64,000 nt of DNA. Origin: a virus. Below are positions 46,104 to 56,238 of the stretch, piece after piece (position 1 is the stretch's first letter; each line of letters begins with the position of its first letter). Location of the stretch: positions 64,001-128,000 of the IMG/VR virus record IMGVR_UViG_3300032313_001394; one strand, given 5' to 3'. The notes below the pieces were generated by a model. It saw only the letters and a program-made list of their open reading frames with translations, made no database searches and was not told where the DNA came from. The translations under genes and the position numbers were made by a program.

Positions 46104-48680
46104 TTAATTAAAAGTGAAAAATTTATTAATATTTGCATTAAATATAGGCATCCCCCAACCAATATCTGAATATAATGATTCGATTTTATTTTTCATTATA
46201 TTATCAAATAATAATCCTCTATCGATATATTTTTCAATAAAATCAGTAATTTGAGATGGATCATTATAACCATTAAAACCAATACAATCTATTTTATATG
46301 GATTATCTTTTAAATAAGCAATTAACATCTTATCACCAACTTGAAATGCAGAATATTGTTTATCTAATTGTTTAAAACGTAATAAGTCATTATAACGAAT
46401 AGCTGCTTTAGTATTGATTGGGCATTTAGTTTTTAATTTACTAAATATTTCACCATTACATGGTTTGGATTCTAAATATGAACTTAATTGTTTTAAACCG
46501 GTTGGTTTTAATAATTGACGCCAATCGATTGTATTTACTTTAGTTTTAAAGTCAAGTAATTGTTTATCTATTTCATGTTTGGCTTTACCAAATATAATTT
46601 GATTTAATATTGACTCACCAAATTGTCTAAATAATGGTGGAAAATTTGATTTCATCAAATCTAATCCTTTAATATCTAGTTCTTCAACAGGTACACCTTC
46701 CTTATTTACAATAAACATTGCATAACGTCTTTTACCTGCAAAATAACCTCGTTCAAGTACTACTTCTTGTTTTAATTCAAAATAATGAGGACGATCATGT
46801 AAATTAAATAAATCAACAACTAATGTATTTAGATGTTCATTAGCAACTTTCTGTACTTCAGTTGCAATTTCTAAAACATGTTTAACTGTTTCTTCTCTAT
46901 TGCTTAAATCTAAATCAGGAAAACGTTTTTTAGCTAATTGTTTACATTGAATAAATAATGAATCGGTATCTGATGTAACAATATAATCTACATCTTGAGT
47001 ACCTACTTGTTCATTCATCCATTTATTTACAAATTTAATAGATTCTTGAGTTAGTCGTTGACCAGTTAATGTAATGGCTTTAGATATCATTTTATGACCA
47101 TCTGTGTATCGCCATGAATTTTTAGCAAACACACCATAAACATCATTTAATTTAATTTTATATGCATGTTGACGTCTATTATAAAAATCACCCATAACTG
47201 GATCTTTATCGACTTTAAATGCTTTTTTCATTAAATCCTTATATTCAACCCTTTTATTAAACCAATCCTCTAATATATTACAAACGATAGATTCTTTTGA
47301 TTTATCAAATATAACACCAGGAGCAGATATGATTAAATTAGCATTTTTAACCATATTAGTCATTATACCTGCTGTTGTTTCTCTTAATATAGTTGTTCTA
47401 TCAGGTAATACTTTTTCAACAGTAATTGGTGTATCTGGGTCCATTGATTCTAATATATCTAATGACCATTGATTATCATATTTATCTTTATTTACAATAC
47501 GACCAACTAATGTTTCAATACCAATATTTAAAGAACGAATAATTGATGGATATAGTGATGTAAAGTCTAAGTCAATAACCCATTCATATAAACCAGGTAC
47601 AGGATCTTTTAAATAACCACCTGCATATTCTTCTTCAACATCTTTTAATATTGGATTTAATGTAGTAGGTTTATTAGGAGATACAATATTCTTACGTTTT
47701 AAATAAGTTAAAATAGCACCATCATTTAATGCAGTTGAATAGTACATATTTTCATACTTAGTATGACATAAGTGACCAATTGTAACTGTTAAGTCAATAA
47801 ATTTTAATTTTTCTTCTAATTTAACTAGAATTTCAACGTCACGAATATTATATTCAATGAATTTAGTTACATCATCTCTAAATAATTTATCTAATGAACC
47901 ATAATATTCAATTTTACCTAACTTAACATATTTTTCTCCAATATCACCTAATTTATATGATGATTCTTGCTTCATGACAAATTTTTTAAATAATTGCATG
48001 TAGTCAAGATGATTAATACCTCCAATTATAACTGGACAATCTGTATTTTGTGGATTAACTTTAACTTTACGAATCGGAGATAAGCGGTCAGCTTGTGATT
48101 TACCTAATACTTTAGCAATACGTTGGTAAGTATAACCTACGTCAAAGAATTCACTATTCCAACCCGAGATTATCGTGGGATCTATTTCCTCCCATTTATC
48201 GAGGAATTGTTGCAGCAGGACTTTTTCGGAAAGACACGATATAACAATTTTATCGTCTTGAGTATAATTTTCAAGTAATTTATTTTCATCTAGAATATAA
48301 CAATAATATTGTTTAGTTGTTGCATCATATAAAGCAATTGATGTAATTTTCGTAGGTGTTTCAATTATTGTAGTAGGTGTTAATGCACCTGCAATTTCAC
48401 ACTCAATATCAAAAAATACAACATTATGATATGATGGTGTATCGTCTGATTCTGAATATAAATCTACTAAAACACGTGTTTCTTTATCAACATCAGTTTC
48501 ATAACAATCGGATTCATATTTTTTAGTAGGAGAAACCGGATCACCAAATAATGTTTTATAAGTACCTTTAGGATCGGGTTTATAGAATGTTGGTTGATAT
48601 TCGAATTCTTGCCATCCTAATTTATCATCACGTAAATGATATTTTTTTTCTTTATAATCGTAATAGATTGATTGAAACAT
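46104..48680 (-). CDS. Family B DNA polymerase
   Basis: Exo I DIE, GWN.E.FD, YN..D; Pol motifs DFTSLYPSI, K...N..YG, DTDS, KRRY, KGL. Confidence 0.96.
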   Translation of the reverse strand: MFQSIYYDYKEKKYHLRDDKLGWQEFEYQPTFYKPDPKGTYKTLFGDPVSPTKKYESDCYETDVDKETRVLVDLYSESDDTPSYHNVVFFDIECEIAGALTPTTIIETPTKITSIALYDATTKQYYCYILDENKLLENYTQDDKIVISCLSEKVLLQQFLDKWEEIDPTIISGWNSEFFDVGYTYQRIAKVLGKSQADRLSPIRKVKVNPQNTDCPVIIGGINHLDYMQLFKKFVMKQESSYKLGDIGEKYVKLGKIEYYGSLDKLFRDDVTKFIEYNIRDVEILVKLEEKLKFIDLTVTIGHLCHTKYENMYYSTALNDGAILTYLKRKNIVSPNKPTTLNPILKDVEEEYAGGYLKDPVPGLYEWVIDLDFTSLYPSIIRSLNIGIETLVGRIVNKDKYDNQWSLDILESMDPDTPITVEKVLPDRTTILRETTAGIMTNMVKNANLIISAPGVIFDKSKESIVCNILEDWFNKRVEYKDLMKKAFKVDKDPVMGDFYNRRQHAYKIKLNDVYGVFAKNSWRYTDGHKMISKAITLTGQRLTQESIKFVNKWMNEQVGTQDVDYIVTSDTDSLFIQCKQLAKKRFPDLDLSNREETVKHVLEIATEVQKVANEHLNTLVVDLFNLHDRPHYFELKQEVVLERGYFAGKRRYAMFIVNKEGVPVEELDIKGLDLMKSNFPPLFRQFGESILNQIIFGKAKHEIDKQLLDFKTKVNTIDWRQLLKPTGLKQLSSYLESKPCNGEIFSKLKTKCPINTKAAIRYNDLLRFKQLDKQYSAFQVGDKMLIAYLKDNPYKIDCIGFNGYNDPSQITDFIEKYIDRGLLFDNIMKNKIESLYSDIGWGMPIFNANINKFFTFN

Positions 48681-48704
48681 ATAACCTTTTTATTTTCAAT
48701 ATAA

Positions 48705-49697
48705 TTAAGAAAACATTTGAGATTGAATCCATTTATACGTTTTTTCTAAACCAATATAAAGTGGTTGTGTAGGTTCCCATCCTAATTTTTCCTTAATTAA
48801 TGTATTGTCTGAATTTCTTCCTCTAACACCTTCAGGTCCAGAAATATTTTTAATTCCTGCTCGTTTACCTGCTAGTTTAATAACTAACTTAGTTAAATCA
48901 TTAATAGAAATTATTTCATTAGAACCAATATTGACTGGATCTATAAATTGGGAATCCATTAAACGACGAACACCTTCTAAACATTCATCAATATATAAAA
49001 ATGAACGTGTTTGTAAACCATCACCCCATATTTCAATTTCTTCATCCATTAATGAATCAGCTACTTTACGGCATATTGCTGCTGGTGCTTTTTCTTTACC
49101 TCCATAAAATGTACTTTCAGGACCGAAAATATTATGGAAACGAGCAATACGAACATCTAAACCATAATTCCGATTAAATGCTAAGTATAATCTTTCACTA
49201 AATAATTTTTCCCATCCATATTCAGAATCTGGGTTGGCTGGATATGCAGATGACTCTTCGCAATTTGGATTATTTGGATCTAATTGATTATGTTCTGGAT
49301 ACATACAAGCTGAAGATGAATAGAATATTTTTTTAATTGATTTTTTTACAGCTTCATGTACTACATTTAAATTTATTAATGCTGAACTATGCATTACATT
49401 TGCATCATTTTCACCAGTAAAAATATAACCGGCTCCTCCCATGTCTGCTGCTAATTGATATACTTCATCAAATGAGTTTATATTATCTTGTTCAGATAAT
49501 TGATTTGGAGCATACATTACTTTAGATACTAATGATGGGTTTCTTAAATCCCCAACAATAAATTCATCGGCTTTAGATGATGAAAATTCGGGTAATTTTA
49601 AATCAACTCCTCGTACCCAATAACCTTCTGATTTTAATTTTGTAACTAAATGATTTCCAATAAAACCACCAGCTCCTAATACTAATGCTGTTTTCAT
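48705..49697 (-). CDS. GDP-mannose 3,5-epimerase-like SDR
   Basis: GAGGFIG, LAADMGG, SSACMYP, YGWEK, RFHNIFGP, EKAPAA.CRK, WGDG.QTRSF, GVRGRNSDN. Confidence 0.9.
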   Translation of the reverse strand: MKTALVLGAGGFIGNHLVTKLKSEGYWVRGVDLKLPEFSSSKADEFIVGDLRNPSLVSKVMYAPNQLSEQDNINSFDEVYQLAADMGGAGYIFTGENDANVMHSSALINLNVVHEAVKKSIKKIFYSSSACMYPEHNQLDPNNPNCEESSAYPANPDSEYGWEKLFSERLYLAFNRNYGLDVRIARFHNIFGPESTFYGGKEKAPAAICRKVADSLMDEEIEIWGDGLQTRSFLYIDECLEGVRRLMDSQFIDPVNIGSNEIISINDLTKLVIKLAGKRAGIKNISGPEGVRGRNSDNTLIKEKLGWEPTQPLYIGLEKTYKWIQSQMFS

Positions 49698-49700
49698 ATA

Positions 49701-51071
49701 TTATTTATAATTTTTTAGATAATAATTTAAATCTTCAGGGGTACCTAACCCCCACATTTGGGTAGCTAAAAACGGTCTTATTTGTTTTTTATCTTGAATA
49801 GCTTGATTAAATACAGGACAAACATAAAATTCATTATTTACTCTAATATTTTTATCAATCATTTGTTCAGCATATTTAACAAAATCAGAACCATGTTTCC
49901 AATAATAATATCCTACTGTAGCATTATCTGATATTGGATTTTTTTCTTCTACTAAATCTATTAATCCAGTATTTTCATCTATTTGGGCAAATGACCATTT
50001 AGGATGAGTAGATTTAAATATAACTATACCCCCATCAGCTTCAGTTTCATTCATTTTATACATAAACTCATTTGAGTCCCATTCAACAAACTGATCAGAA
50101 TTAGCAAAAAACAAAGGAGCATTATTATTAATATAATCTTTAGCTAATAATGCTGTACAAGCTGCTCCTTCTGTTAAACCATCTACTTCTACAATTTTAC
50201 AATTTGGAGTAATTAAATTTAATAATGTATCTAAATTATATTTTTGACGATGGTTCTTTTGAACAACATAAATATAATTAGCATCAATATTTAAATTTTC
50301 AACTACAACCTGGATCATAGGTTTATTATTTATATCAATTAAAGGTTTAGGAAATGTATATCCTGCTTGTTCGAATCGAGAACCAGCTCCCGCCATTGGA
50401 ATTAATACATTTAATTTTCCATCTTGCCATTTTGGAATATTCATGTGTTTATTTTTATTTAATTTATTTATTATTTTTTCTAATGTTAAATCAGATGGAT
50501 TATCTACTCTTAAAACATTTGCTCTACTTCTACTAGCTGCAAGTAATCCATGAGGTGAATCTTCTACAATAAGAGTTTCTTCGGGTAAACAACTCATCAT
50601 ACTCATTGTTTTCCAATACATTTCTGGATGTGGTTTAGAATTTTTTACATCTTCATTAGATATAATTAAATCCATAAACTCAATTATACCTATTTTTGCT
50701 AACATAACTAATACAGACCTTCTAATTGAGTTTGAAGCACATGCTAACTTATACCCACCATCTCTCAATTCTTTAAACAATTTAATCTTTTCTGAATCCG
50801 GCTGTAATTTGGATATTGCTTCAATCGTTAGATGTTGTTTTCTAAACCAAATATTATCATAAAGTTCAAGATGTAATCCTTTATTTTGGGTAAGTAATTC
50901 TAATTTTTGAGTTGTTTTTAATCCATCATATATTGATAGATGTTCGGTTTCAGTAATTATATATTCATTACCATACTCTTTTAAAGCTTGATTTAAAGTA
51001 TCATAATGAATTTTTTTAGCTTCTACTAAAACTCCATCTAAATCAAATATAATTAATTTTATTTTAGTCAT
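49701..51071 (-). CDS. HAD phosphatase fused to a sugar nucleotidyltransferase (BcbE-like)
   Basis: N-terminal FDLDGVL, KPHPE, VEDS..G; C-terminal IPMAGAGSRF...PKPLI, NSDQ, EK, GTPEDL. Confidence 0.85.
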   Translation of the reverse strand: MTKIKLIIFDLDGVLVEAKKIHYDTLNQALKEYGNEYIITETEHLSIYDGLKTTQKLELLTQNKGLHLELYDNIWFRKQHLTIEAISKLQPDSEKIKLFKELRDGGYKLACASNSIRRSVLVMLAKIGIIEFMDLIISNEDVKNSKPHPEMYWKTMSMMSCLPEETLIVEDSPHGLLAASRSRANVLRVDNPSDLTLEKIINKLNKNKHMNIPKWQDGKLNVLIPMAGAGSRFEQAGYTFPKPLIDINNKPMIQVVVENLNIDANYIYVVQKNHRQKYNLDTLLNLITPNCKIVEVDGLTEGAACTALLAKDYINNNAPLFFANSDQFVEWDSNEFMYKMNETEADGGIVIFKSTHPKWSFAQIDENTGLIDLVEEKNPISDNATVGYYYWKHGSDFVKYAEQMIDKNIRVNNEFYVCPVFNQAIQDKKQIRPFLATQMWGLGTPEDLNYYLKNYK

Positions 51072-51874
51072 TAAAATTTATTAAGATCTTTTATTAACGA
51101 TCTATATTTCTGTTCATTTAAAGTTAATATATTTTTTTCAAAATATGGATAAAAATAATATCTAGGAATTTGAGGTTCTTTAGGAAATTCTTTTATGTTT
51201 TGCCAATGTTCAGGCCAACACCCCCATTTATCAAAAAATAAATCCCAGTTATATCCATGCCACTCATGACTATGAAATTGACCATTTAAATTGTGGATTT
51301 GGTCAATAAATTTTTCATATGGGTCTTCTATAACATTATGCTGTCTGTGATGCCATAAACCATCATTTATACTTATTTTATCTTTATGCATAACATAGGC
51401 ATTCATAAAATAATCTGCTTCTTGATATCCTATTGAGCAAAATCTTTCATCAAATATTCCTATATGTTTGATTGCATCAACATTAAAACTCATCAATTGA
51501 TCCCCAGCTCCAATTTGTATAAAATCATATAGATTATGGTATTCTATTAAATTAGAAAAACAGTTAGGTTTTACAAAAGTATCATTTTGTAATGTTATAA
51601 CTAAATCAGTATCTGGATTATTTAAATCTTTAAATCCATTTATAATTGATTGATTCCAATTTCGTGATAAATGACCATTTGAAAAATCGGGTCTTAATAT
51701 ATTATTTAATACTTTTAAATTAGGATAATGATCAAATCCTATTAATTCAGAATAATTGTTTATAATATTTACATTATAATCATATTGTAATAAATCACTT
51801 GAATATAATCTTTCTAAGTTTTCTCTTAATACATTATCATTATTGTAGGTTACAATATATATTTTTATTTTCAT
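51071..51874 (-). CDS. Glycosyltransferase family 2-like
   Basis: YIVTYN, LSRNWN, LQNDT, IG.FDERF, QEADY. Confidence 0.75.
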   Translation of the reverse strand: MKIKIYIVTYNNDNVLRENLERLYSSDLLQYDYNVNIINNYSELIGFDHYPNLKVLNNILRPDFSNGHLSRNWNQSIINGFKDLNNPDTDLVITLQNDTFVKPNCFSNLIEYHNLYDFIQIGAGDQLMSFNVDAIKHIGIFDERFCSIGYQEADYFMNAYVMHKDKISINDGLWHHRQHNVIEDPYEKFIDQIHNLNGQFHSHEWHGYNWDLFFDKWGCWPEHWQNIKEFPKEPQIPRYYFYPYFEKNILTLNEQKYRSLIKDLNKF

Positions 51875-52530
51875 AAACGATAGAAGAAATGTTTATCTAT
51901 ATTTAATTTACTATTATATACTGTTTGATTTTTGGAAAAATTAGTATATTCTAAATAATGTTTAGACGCATCAATTAAATGGAACATTAAACTCCATCTT
52001 CGTTCCATACCACATCCTTCGTTTTTGTTAGTAGGATATTTTAACCACTCTTTAGGTAATTTATCTAATGTTTCTTTTCTTACTCCAAATATAGGACCAA
52101 ATATTGAATCATGAGGATTATTATTTATTGTTAAACCTTCTTCACCCCATAAACGTTGATCTTCATTTTCATAAAAATACCCAAAATTAATCCAAGGTAC
52201 CACTTCATAGATATCTAGAAAATTTTCCCACATTAAAATTAATTTAGGATTAGTTATGTTTAATGAATCTTGAAGGAATATATATTTGTTTGAAGGGTAA
52301 TTATTATACGCATAAATGTAGGCTCCTGAATCCCAACAAGTATAATCTAATGTTTCAAAAATATATTGAGGATAATTTAGTTTACATTCTTCAAAAAATG
52401 TTTTGTATTCTTCATTATCTGAATTAGTATCAATAATTAATACTTGATTATTATTTAAATTAATAGATGATAATGTTTTTAACATATTATCTAATAAATC
52501 TATTCTATTATGTGATGCTATTACTATCAT
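51871..52530 (-). CDS. Putative glycosyltransferase (GT-A-like)
   Basis: IIDTNS, WDSGA, YIFLQDS, ERRW. Confidence 0.6.
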   Translation of the reverse strand: MIVIASHNRIDLLDNMLKTLSSINLNNNQVLIIDTNSDNEEYKTFFEECKLNYPQYIFETLDYTCWDSGAYIYAYNNYPSNKYIFLQDSLNITNPKLILMWENFLDIYEVVPWINFGYFYENEDQRLWGEEGLTINNNPHDSIFGPIFGVRKETLDKLPKEWLKYPTNKNEGCGMERRWSLMFHLIDASKHYLEYTNFSKNQTVYNSKLNIDKHFFYRL

Positions 52531-53232
52531 TTAAATAAAATTATTAATATCTTTTTCCCAACCTAAATTAGTATAAGGTAAAGGAGTTAATGAATGTAAA
52601 TAAAATAAATTAGTTAAAATAGATTGATCCCAAGTATGTCTTACATAACCTTCATGATTATCTTCATTAATTGGTGAACATATAACATCATAATTTAAAC
52701 ACCATTGTTTCCATTCATTTAAAAAAGATAATGATTTAGGATTTTTTTCATATATTCCCCAATTAGCAGCTAATTGATATTTACTTCTATAAAATTCATC
52801 ATCACACCCCATTAATTTAAAACATTTATCTTTAGTATATTCATTATGTTTAAACCATCCATGACTTAATCCTATACCATTATATTCTTTTATTACTTTA
52901 TCAATTAAAACATTAACGTCTTTTTTAATACTAAAATTATATTCTAATCGACCTGCATCATGGTATAAAACAACATCACCATCATTTATTTTTTCGAGTA
53001 CATCCAATATTATTAATGGTTTCCAAGCATAAAAATTAAATCCTGGATCATCATTATTATCCTTAAATTGAGATGAAAATTCATCCATATTTAACATTTC
53101 AGGATTATATAAATGAAAATGTTCAATCCCAAACTGTTTAGAAGACTCAATTAATTGTTTAACACTATTAGCATAATAATTTATTACTCCATATTTTGAA
53201 GGAGTTGTAAACATTACTAAATGTACATTCAT
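52531..53232 (-). CDS. Putative glycosyltransferase
   Basis: G.NFYAWKPLII, GDVVLYHDAG, H.WDQSILT. Confidence 0.6.
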   Translation of the reverse strand: MNVHLVMFTTPSKYGVINYYANSVKQLIESSKQFGIEHFHLYNPEMLNMDEFSSQFKDNNDDPGFNFYAWKPLIILDVLEKINDGDVVLYHDAGRLEYNFSIKKDVNVLIDKVIKEYNGIGLSHGWFKHNEYTKDKCFKLMGCDDEFYRSKYQLAANWGIYEKNPKSLSFLNEWKQWCLNYDVICSPINEDNHEGYVRHTWDQSILTNLFYLHSLTPLPYTNLGWEKDINNFI

Positions 53233-53233
53233 A

Positions 53234-53749
53234 TTATTTTATATAGGAAGAATGAATATAATAATCATCCTGAGTGTTTAATTCTTTTACAAATATATAT
53301 CCTTTTTGCTTAAATAATTCTCTAGATTCATCTCTAGTTGATTGATCTCTATAATAATCAGTTTCAAAAGTAACTACATTAAATATATAATCAGTTTCAA
53401 ATAATTTTTTTAATGCAGCAAATGTTAATGTAGGTGGTTCAATATCTACTGATAGATAATCTATTACTAATGGCATATTATTTTCTTTTAATAAAGCATC
53501 ATAATCTATAATAACAGCATCAGCACATACAAATTTACTATTAGGTCTATTTTGAATCCAATCTGCTTCAAAATCACATTTTACATCAATTCCAATGCCT
53601 CTCCAATTTAGTTCATTTTCTAGATAGTAAGTATTTGAAATGTTTTTATAATGATGACAACCAATATCTAAAAAGGTTCCATCTGTTTTAAAATTTAAAG
53701 TTTCAGCAACAAATTGATCTTGAGCTGTCCATTCTTGAGAATAATACAT
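53234..53749 (-). CDS. FkbM-like methyltransferase
   Basis: YSQ...QD.FV, GTFLDIG, SNTYYLE..LNWRGIGID, IDYLSVDIE. Confidence 0.8.
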   Translation of the reverse strand: MYYSQEWTAQDQFVAETLNFKTDGTFLDIGCHHYKNISNTYYLENELNWRGIGIDVKCDFEADWIQNRPNSKFVCADAVIIDYDALLKENNMPLVIDYLSVDIEPPTLTFAALKKLFETDYIFNVVTFETDYYRDQSTRDESRELFKQKGYIFVKELNTQDDYYIHSSYIK

Positions 53750-54687
53750 TATTTTATAATTATGTCAGTAATATTATACATCCAATGGGGATGATTTCCT
53801 TCAACAAAATCTACATCTATTTCTACACCATCATTACCTCTACCATAAATAACTTGTTTATCTAAAACAGGACTATATACTTTAGCGGTAGGAGATAAAA
53901 ATGAAGCCCACCAACTAAATGAACTGTTTGCTCTAAATATGGTACGTGCAAAATATAATTTAAGAAAATCTTCTAACCAATCAAACACTATAGAATCATC
54001 ATATTGAGACCCTACAGGATATGACCATCCTAAAATAGGAGTAGGTAAACGATCAATATGCCATTTTTTACTATGATCATCTGAAATCCACATAATATCT
54101 TCAGGATTATATCCGAATTTTTCAAATGCTTTAGAATATGAATCTTTAGAAACTACTGAATATCCTTGTGGGTTGTTTTTATTATATTCTGAATTTGAAA
54201 TATCATCTCTACGTAAATGAGCAATATCATAAGTTCCGGCAATTGAACTCCAATATTTGTAAGCGTCTGTATTTTTAACTTTATCAGAAAATTCAAATAC
54301 CTTTAATAAGTATTCTTTATTCATTGAGTCAAAAATATGATGAGAATAGGCACAAACTGAATCAAAAAATACAGGATAATCATATTTAGCATAATTCTGA
54401 TTAATTACATCAGGATTAATTAATTTAGCATCCGGATGTAATTTTTGAATTGATTGTGTTCTAAATTCTAAAGTATTCATAGAAGATTGAGTCTGGTTAA
54501 TTTCTAATCTTAAAGTATCATCTTCTACAACTTCATGATATTGATTCTTAAATAAATGAGTTCCTTCCCAATCACTAGGTAAATAAAAAGGAATATTATT
54601 TAATTTAGCATAAGTGGCCCCATAAGCATATTGATGCATACGATTACCAAAACGGCCATTCCAATGGGCTAATAATATAAAACTCAT
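53749..54687 (-). CDS. GT11-like (alpha-1,2-fucosyltransferase family) glycosyltransferase
   Basis: GRFGNRMHQYA, HLRRDD (HxRRGD-like), ANSSFSWWASFL. Confidence 0.8.
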   Translation of the reverse strand: MSFILLAHWNGRFGNRMHQYAYGATYAKLNNIPFYLPSDWEGTHLFKNQYHEVVEDDTLRLEINQTQSSMNTLEFRTQSIQKLHPDAKLINPDVINQNYAKYDYPVFFDSVCAYSHHIFDSMNKEYLLKVFEFSDKVKNTDAYKYWSSIAGTYDIAHLRRDDISNSEYNKNNPQGYSVVSKDSYSKAFEKFGYNPEDIMWISDDHSKKWHIDRLPTPILGWSYPVGSQYDDSIVFDWLEDFLKLYFARTIFRANSSFSWWASFLSPTAKVYSPVLDKQVIYGRGNDGVEIDVDFVEGNHPHWMYNITDIIIK

Positions 54688-55178
54688 ATATTCTTTAACT
54701 CGTTTTCAGTGAAAAATTGTCTTAAATTAGGTGGGAAATATGATAATGATTTTTGTACTTTACGATCTTCAGAACGGTATATTACATACTTATCACCACG
54801 TTTTTCAAAATGACATGGGCGACCAGAAGCAGCAGCTCTAAATTTAGCAGTTGCATCAGCTTCTTCCTCTGTAGCACATGATTTAGATAAATTAGATGCT
54901 TGTACTTCATTATATGCAGCTAAGAATTTATCCTTTAAACCAAATGCCATAATACCAGCTGATAATACGTACATAATATCACAGAATGCATCTAGTACTT
55001 CTACAATATCACCATCTTCTGCTGCTTCTTTATATTCGTCTAATTCTTCTTGAATAAAATTATAAATAAAATCACGTTCCATTTTTTCTGGAATCGTAGG
55101 AGTATAATTATTTAGTTTACCAAATAATTTATTGAATTTTTCTACTTCACTAATGAAGTGTAATTTATTATCTTCCAT
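54684..55178 (-). CDS. MazG-like nucleotide pyrophosphohydrolase
   Basis: QEELDEY, EVLDAFCD..YV, EV.ASNLSK. Confidence 0.85.
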   Translation of the reverse strand: MEDNKLHFISEVEKFNKLFGKLNNYTPTIPEKMERDFIYNFIQEELDEYKEAAEDGDIVEVLDAFCDIMYVLSAGIMAFGLKDKFLAAYNEVQASNLSKSCATEEEADATAKFRAAASGRPCHFEKRGDKYVIYRSEDRKVQKSLSYFPPNLRQFFTENELKNI

Positions 55179-55179
55179 A

Positions 55180-55890
55180 TTAAATGTATGCTTGTAAATT
55201 AAATTTTAACATTTCTAGTACTTCTTGTTTAGCTGTTTTAGCATGATCAGCAAATACACCTGATACTTCTGATGTCATCATACTAGCACCCATATGCTTA
55301 ACTCCACGACATGATACACAATTATGTGTTGCATGCATCATTACCATAATACCTTCATTACCTTCAATTAATTTATCCATAGCATTATGAATAGCCATAG
55401 TTAATTGCTCTTGAATAGCACCTCTACGTGAGAAATGCTCAACTACACGATTTAATTTTGATAATCCGATTACCTTTGATTCAGGACCAGGTACATATGC
55501 AATATGACATTTACCTAAGATTGCTTGGTGGTGATGAGAACACATTGATATTACTGGAATATCGCGCTCTAATACAATACCATTATAACCGTCTGATGGG
55601 AATGCTGTAATATCACCTAATACTTCATAACGGCCTCTCCATAAATCATTAACGTATGCTTTAGCAACGCGTTTTGGAGTGTTAGATGAGTTTGGATCGT
55701 TTTTCCAATCAACACCTAATGCGTCTAAGAAATTACCATATGCAACAGTTGCATTATCGATAATAGTTTGTTTTTCTTCTACGGTTAGAGATCGCTCTTT
55801 ACCTTCGGTTTTAATGATTTGTTGTAAATGGAGTGAGATACCATTTGCATTACCTGAATTGGTAATTTCTAAATTGTCTATTTTACACAT
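55180..55890 (-). CDS. folE: GTP cyclohydrolase I
   Basis: TPKRVAK, SMCSHH, IGLSKLNR, QEQLT, HNCVSCRG. Confidence 0.93.
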   Translation of the reverse strand: MCKIDNLEITNSGNANGISLHLQQIIKTEGKERSLTVEEKQTIIDNATVAYGNFLDALGVDWKNDPNSSNTPKRVAKAYVNDLWRGRYEVLGDITAFPSDGYNGIVLERDIPVISMCSHHHQAILGKCHIAYVPGPESKVIGLSKLNRVVEHFSRRGAIQEQLTMAIHNAMDKLIEGNEGIMVMMHATHNCVSCRGVKHMGASMMTSEVSGVFADHAKTAKQEVLEMLKFNLQAYI

Positions 55891-55932
55891 ATAACTTTTA
55901 TTTATTTATAACAATTAAATATAGATAAGAAA

Positions 55933-55949
55933 AGCCTGATAAACAAGCT
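55933..55949 (-). terminator. Probable terminator abutting the promoter motif
   Basis: Minus-strand AGCTTG-TTTAT-CAGGCT followed by TTTC. Confidence 0.5.
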
Positions 55950-55956
55950 CTTCTAT

Positions 55957-56238
55957 TTATTTTATTCCTGCAATTTTATTCCAGCGATACTTAGTTTCAT
56001 TCATTACTCCATCTTCTACAGATGTCATATTGCTTGTATCAACTTCTGGTTTGACATCAATTAATTGATCATAATCATCCATAGATAATACTTGACCATC
56101 TTGGCAAGCTTGGATAATATTTTCAGTTACTTTATGTAATGTCTCATCATTAGTTGCATCTTCACGAGCAAATTCGAGTAAACGAATAAATAACGGTACA
56201 TCAAATGTAACTACGTCTTGTGGATTTTGTTCTTCCAT
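55957..56238 (-). CDS. Phage hypothetical protein, possibly virion-internal
   Basis: DVPLFIRLLEFARED; C-terminal NETKYRWNKIAGIK; TATATTTATA upstream. Confidence 0.65.
   Translation of the reverse strand: MEEQNPQDVVTFDVPLFIRLLEFAREDATNDETLHKVTENIIQACQDGQVLSMDDYDQLIDVKPEVDTSNMTSVEDGVMNETKYRWNKIAGIK

Noticed and set aside
46104-48680. Intein or intron in the DNA polymerase
   Set aside because: The ORF is continuous at 858 aa with ordered motifs and no intein splice-junction or homing-endonuclease signature
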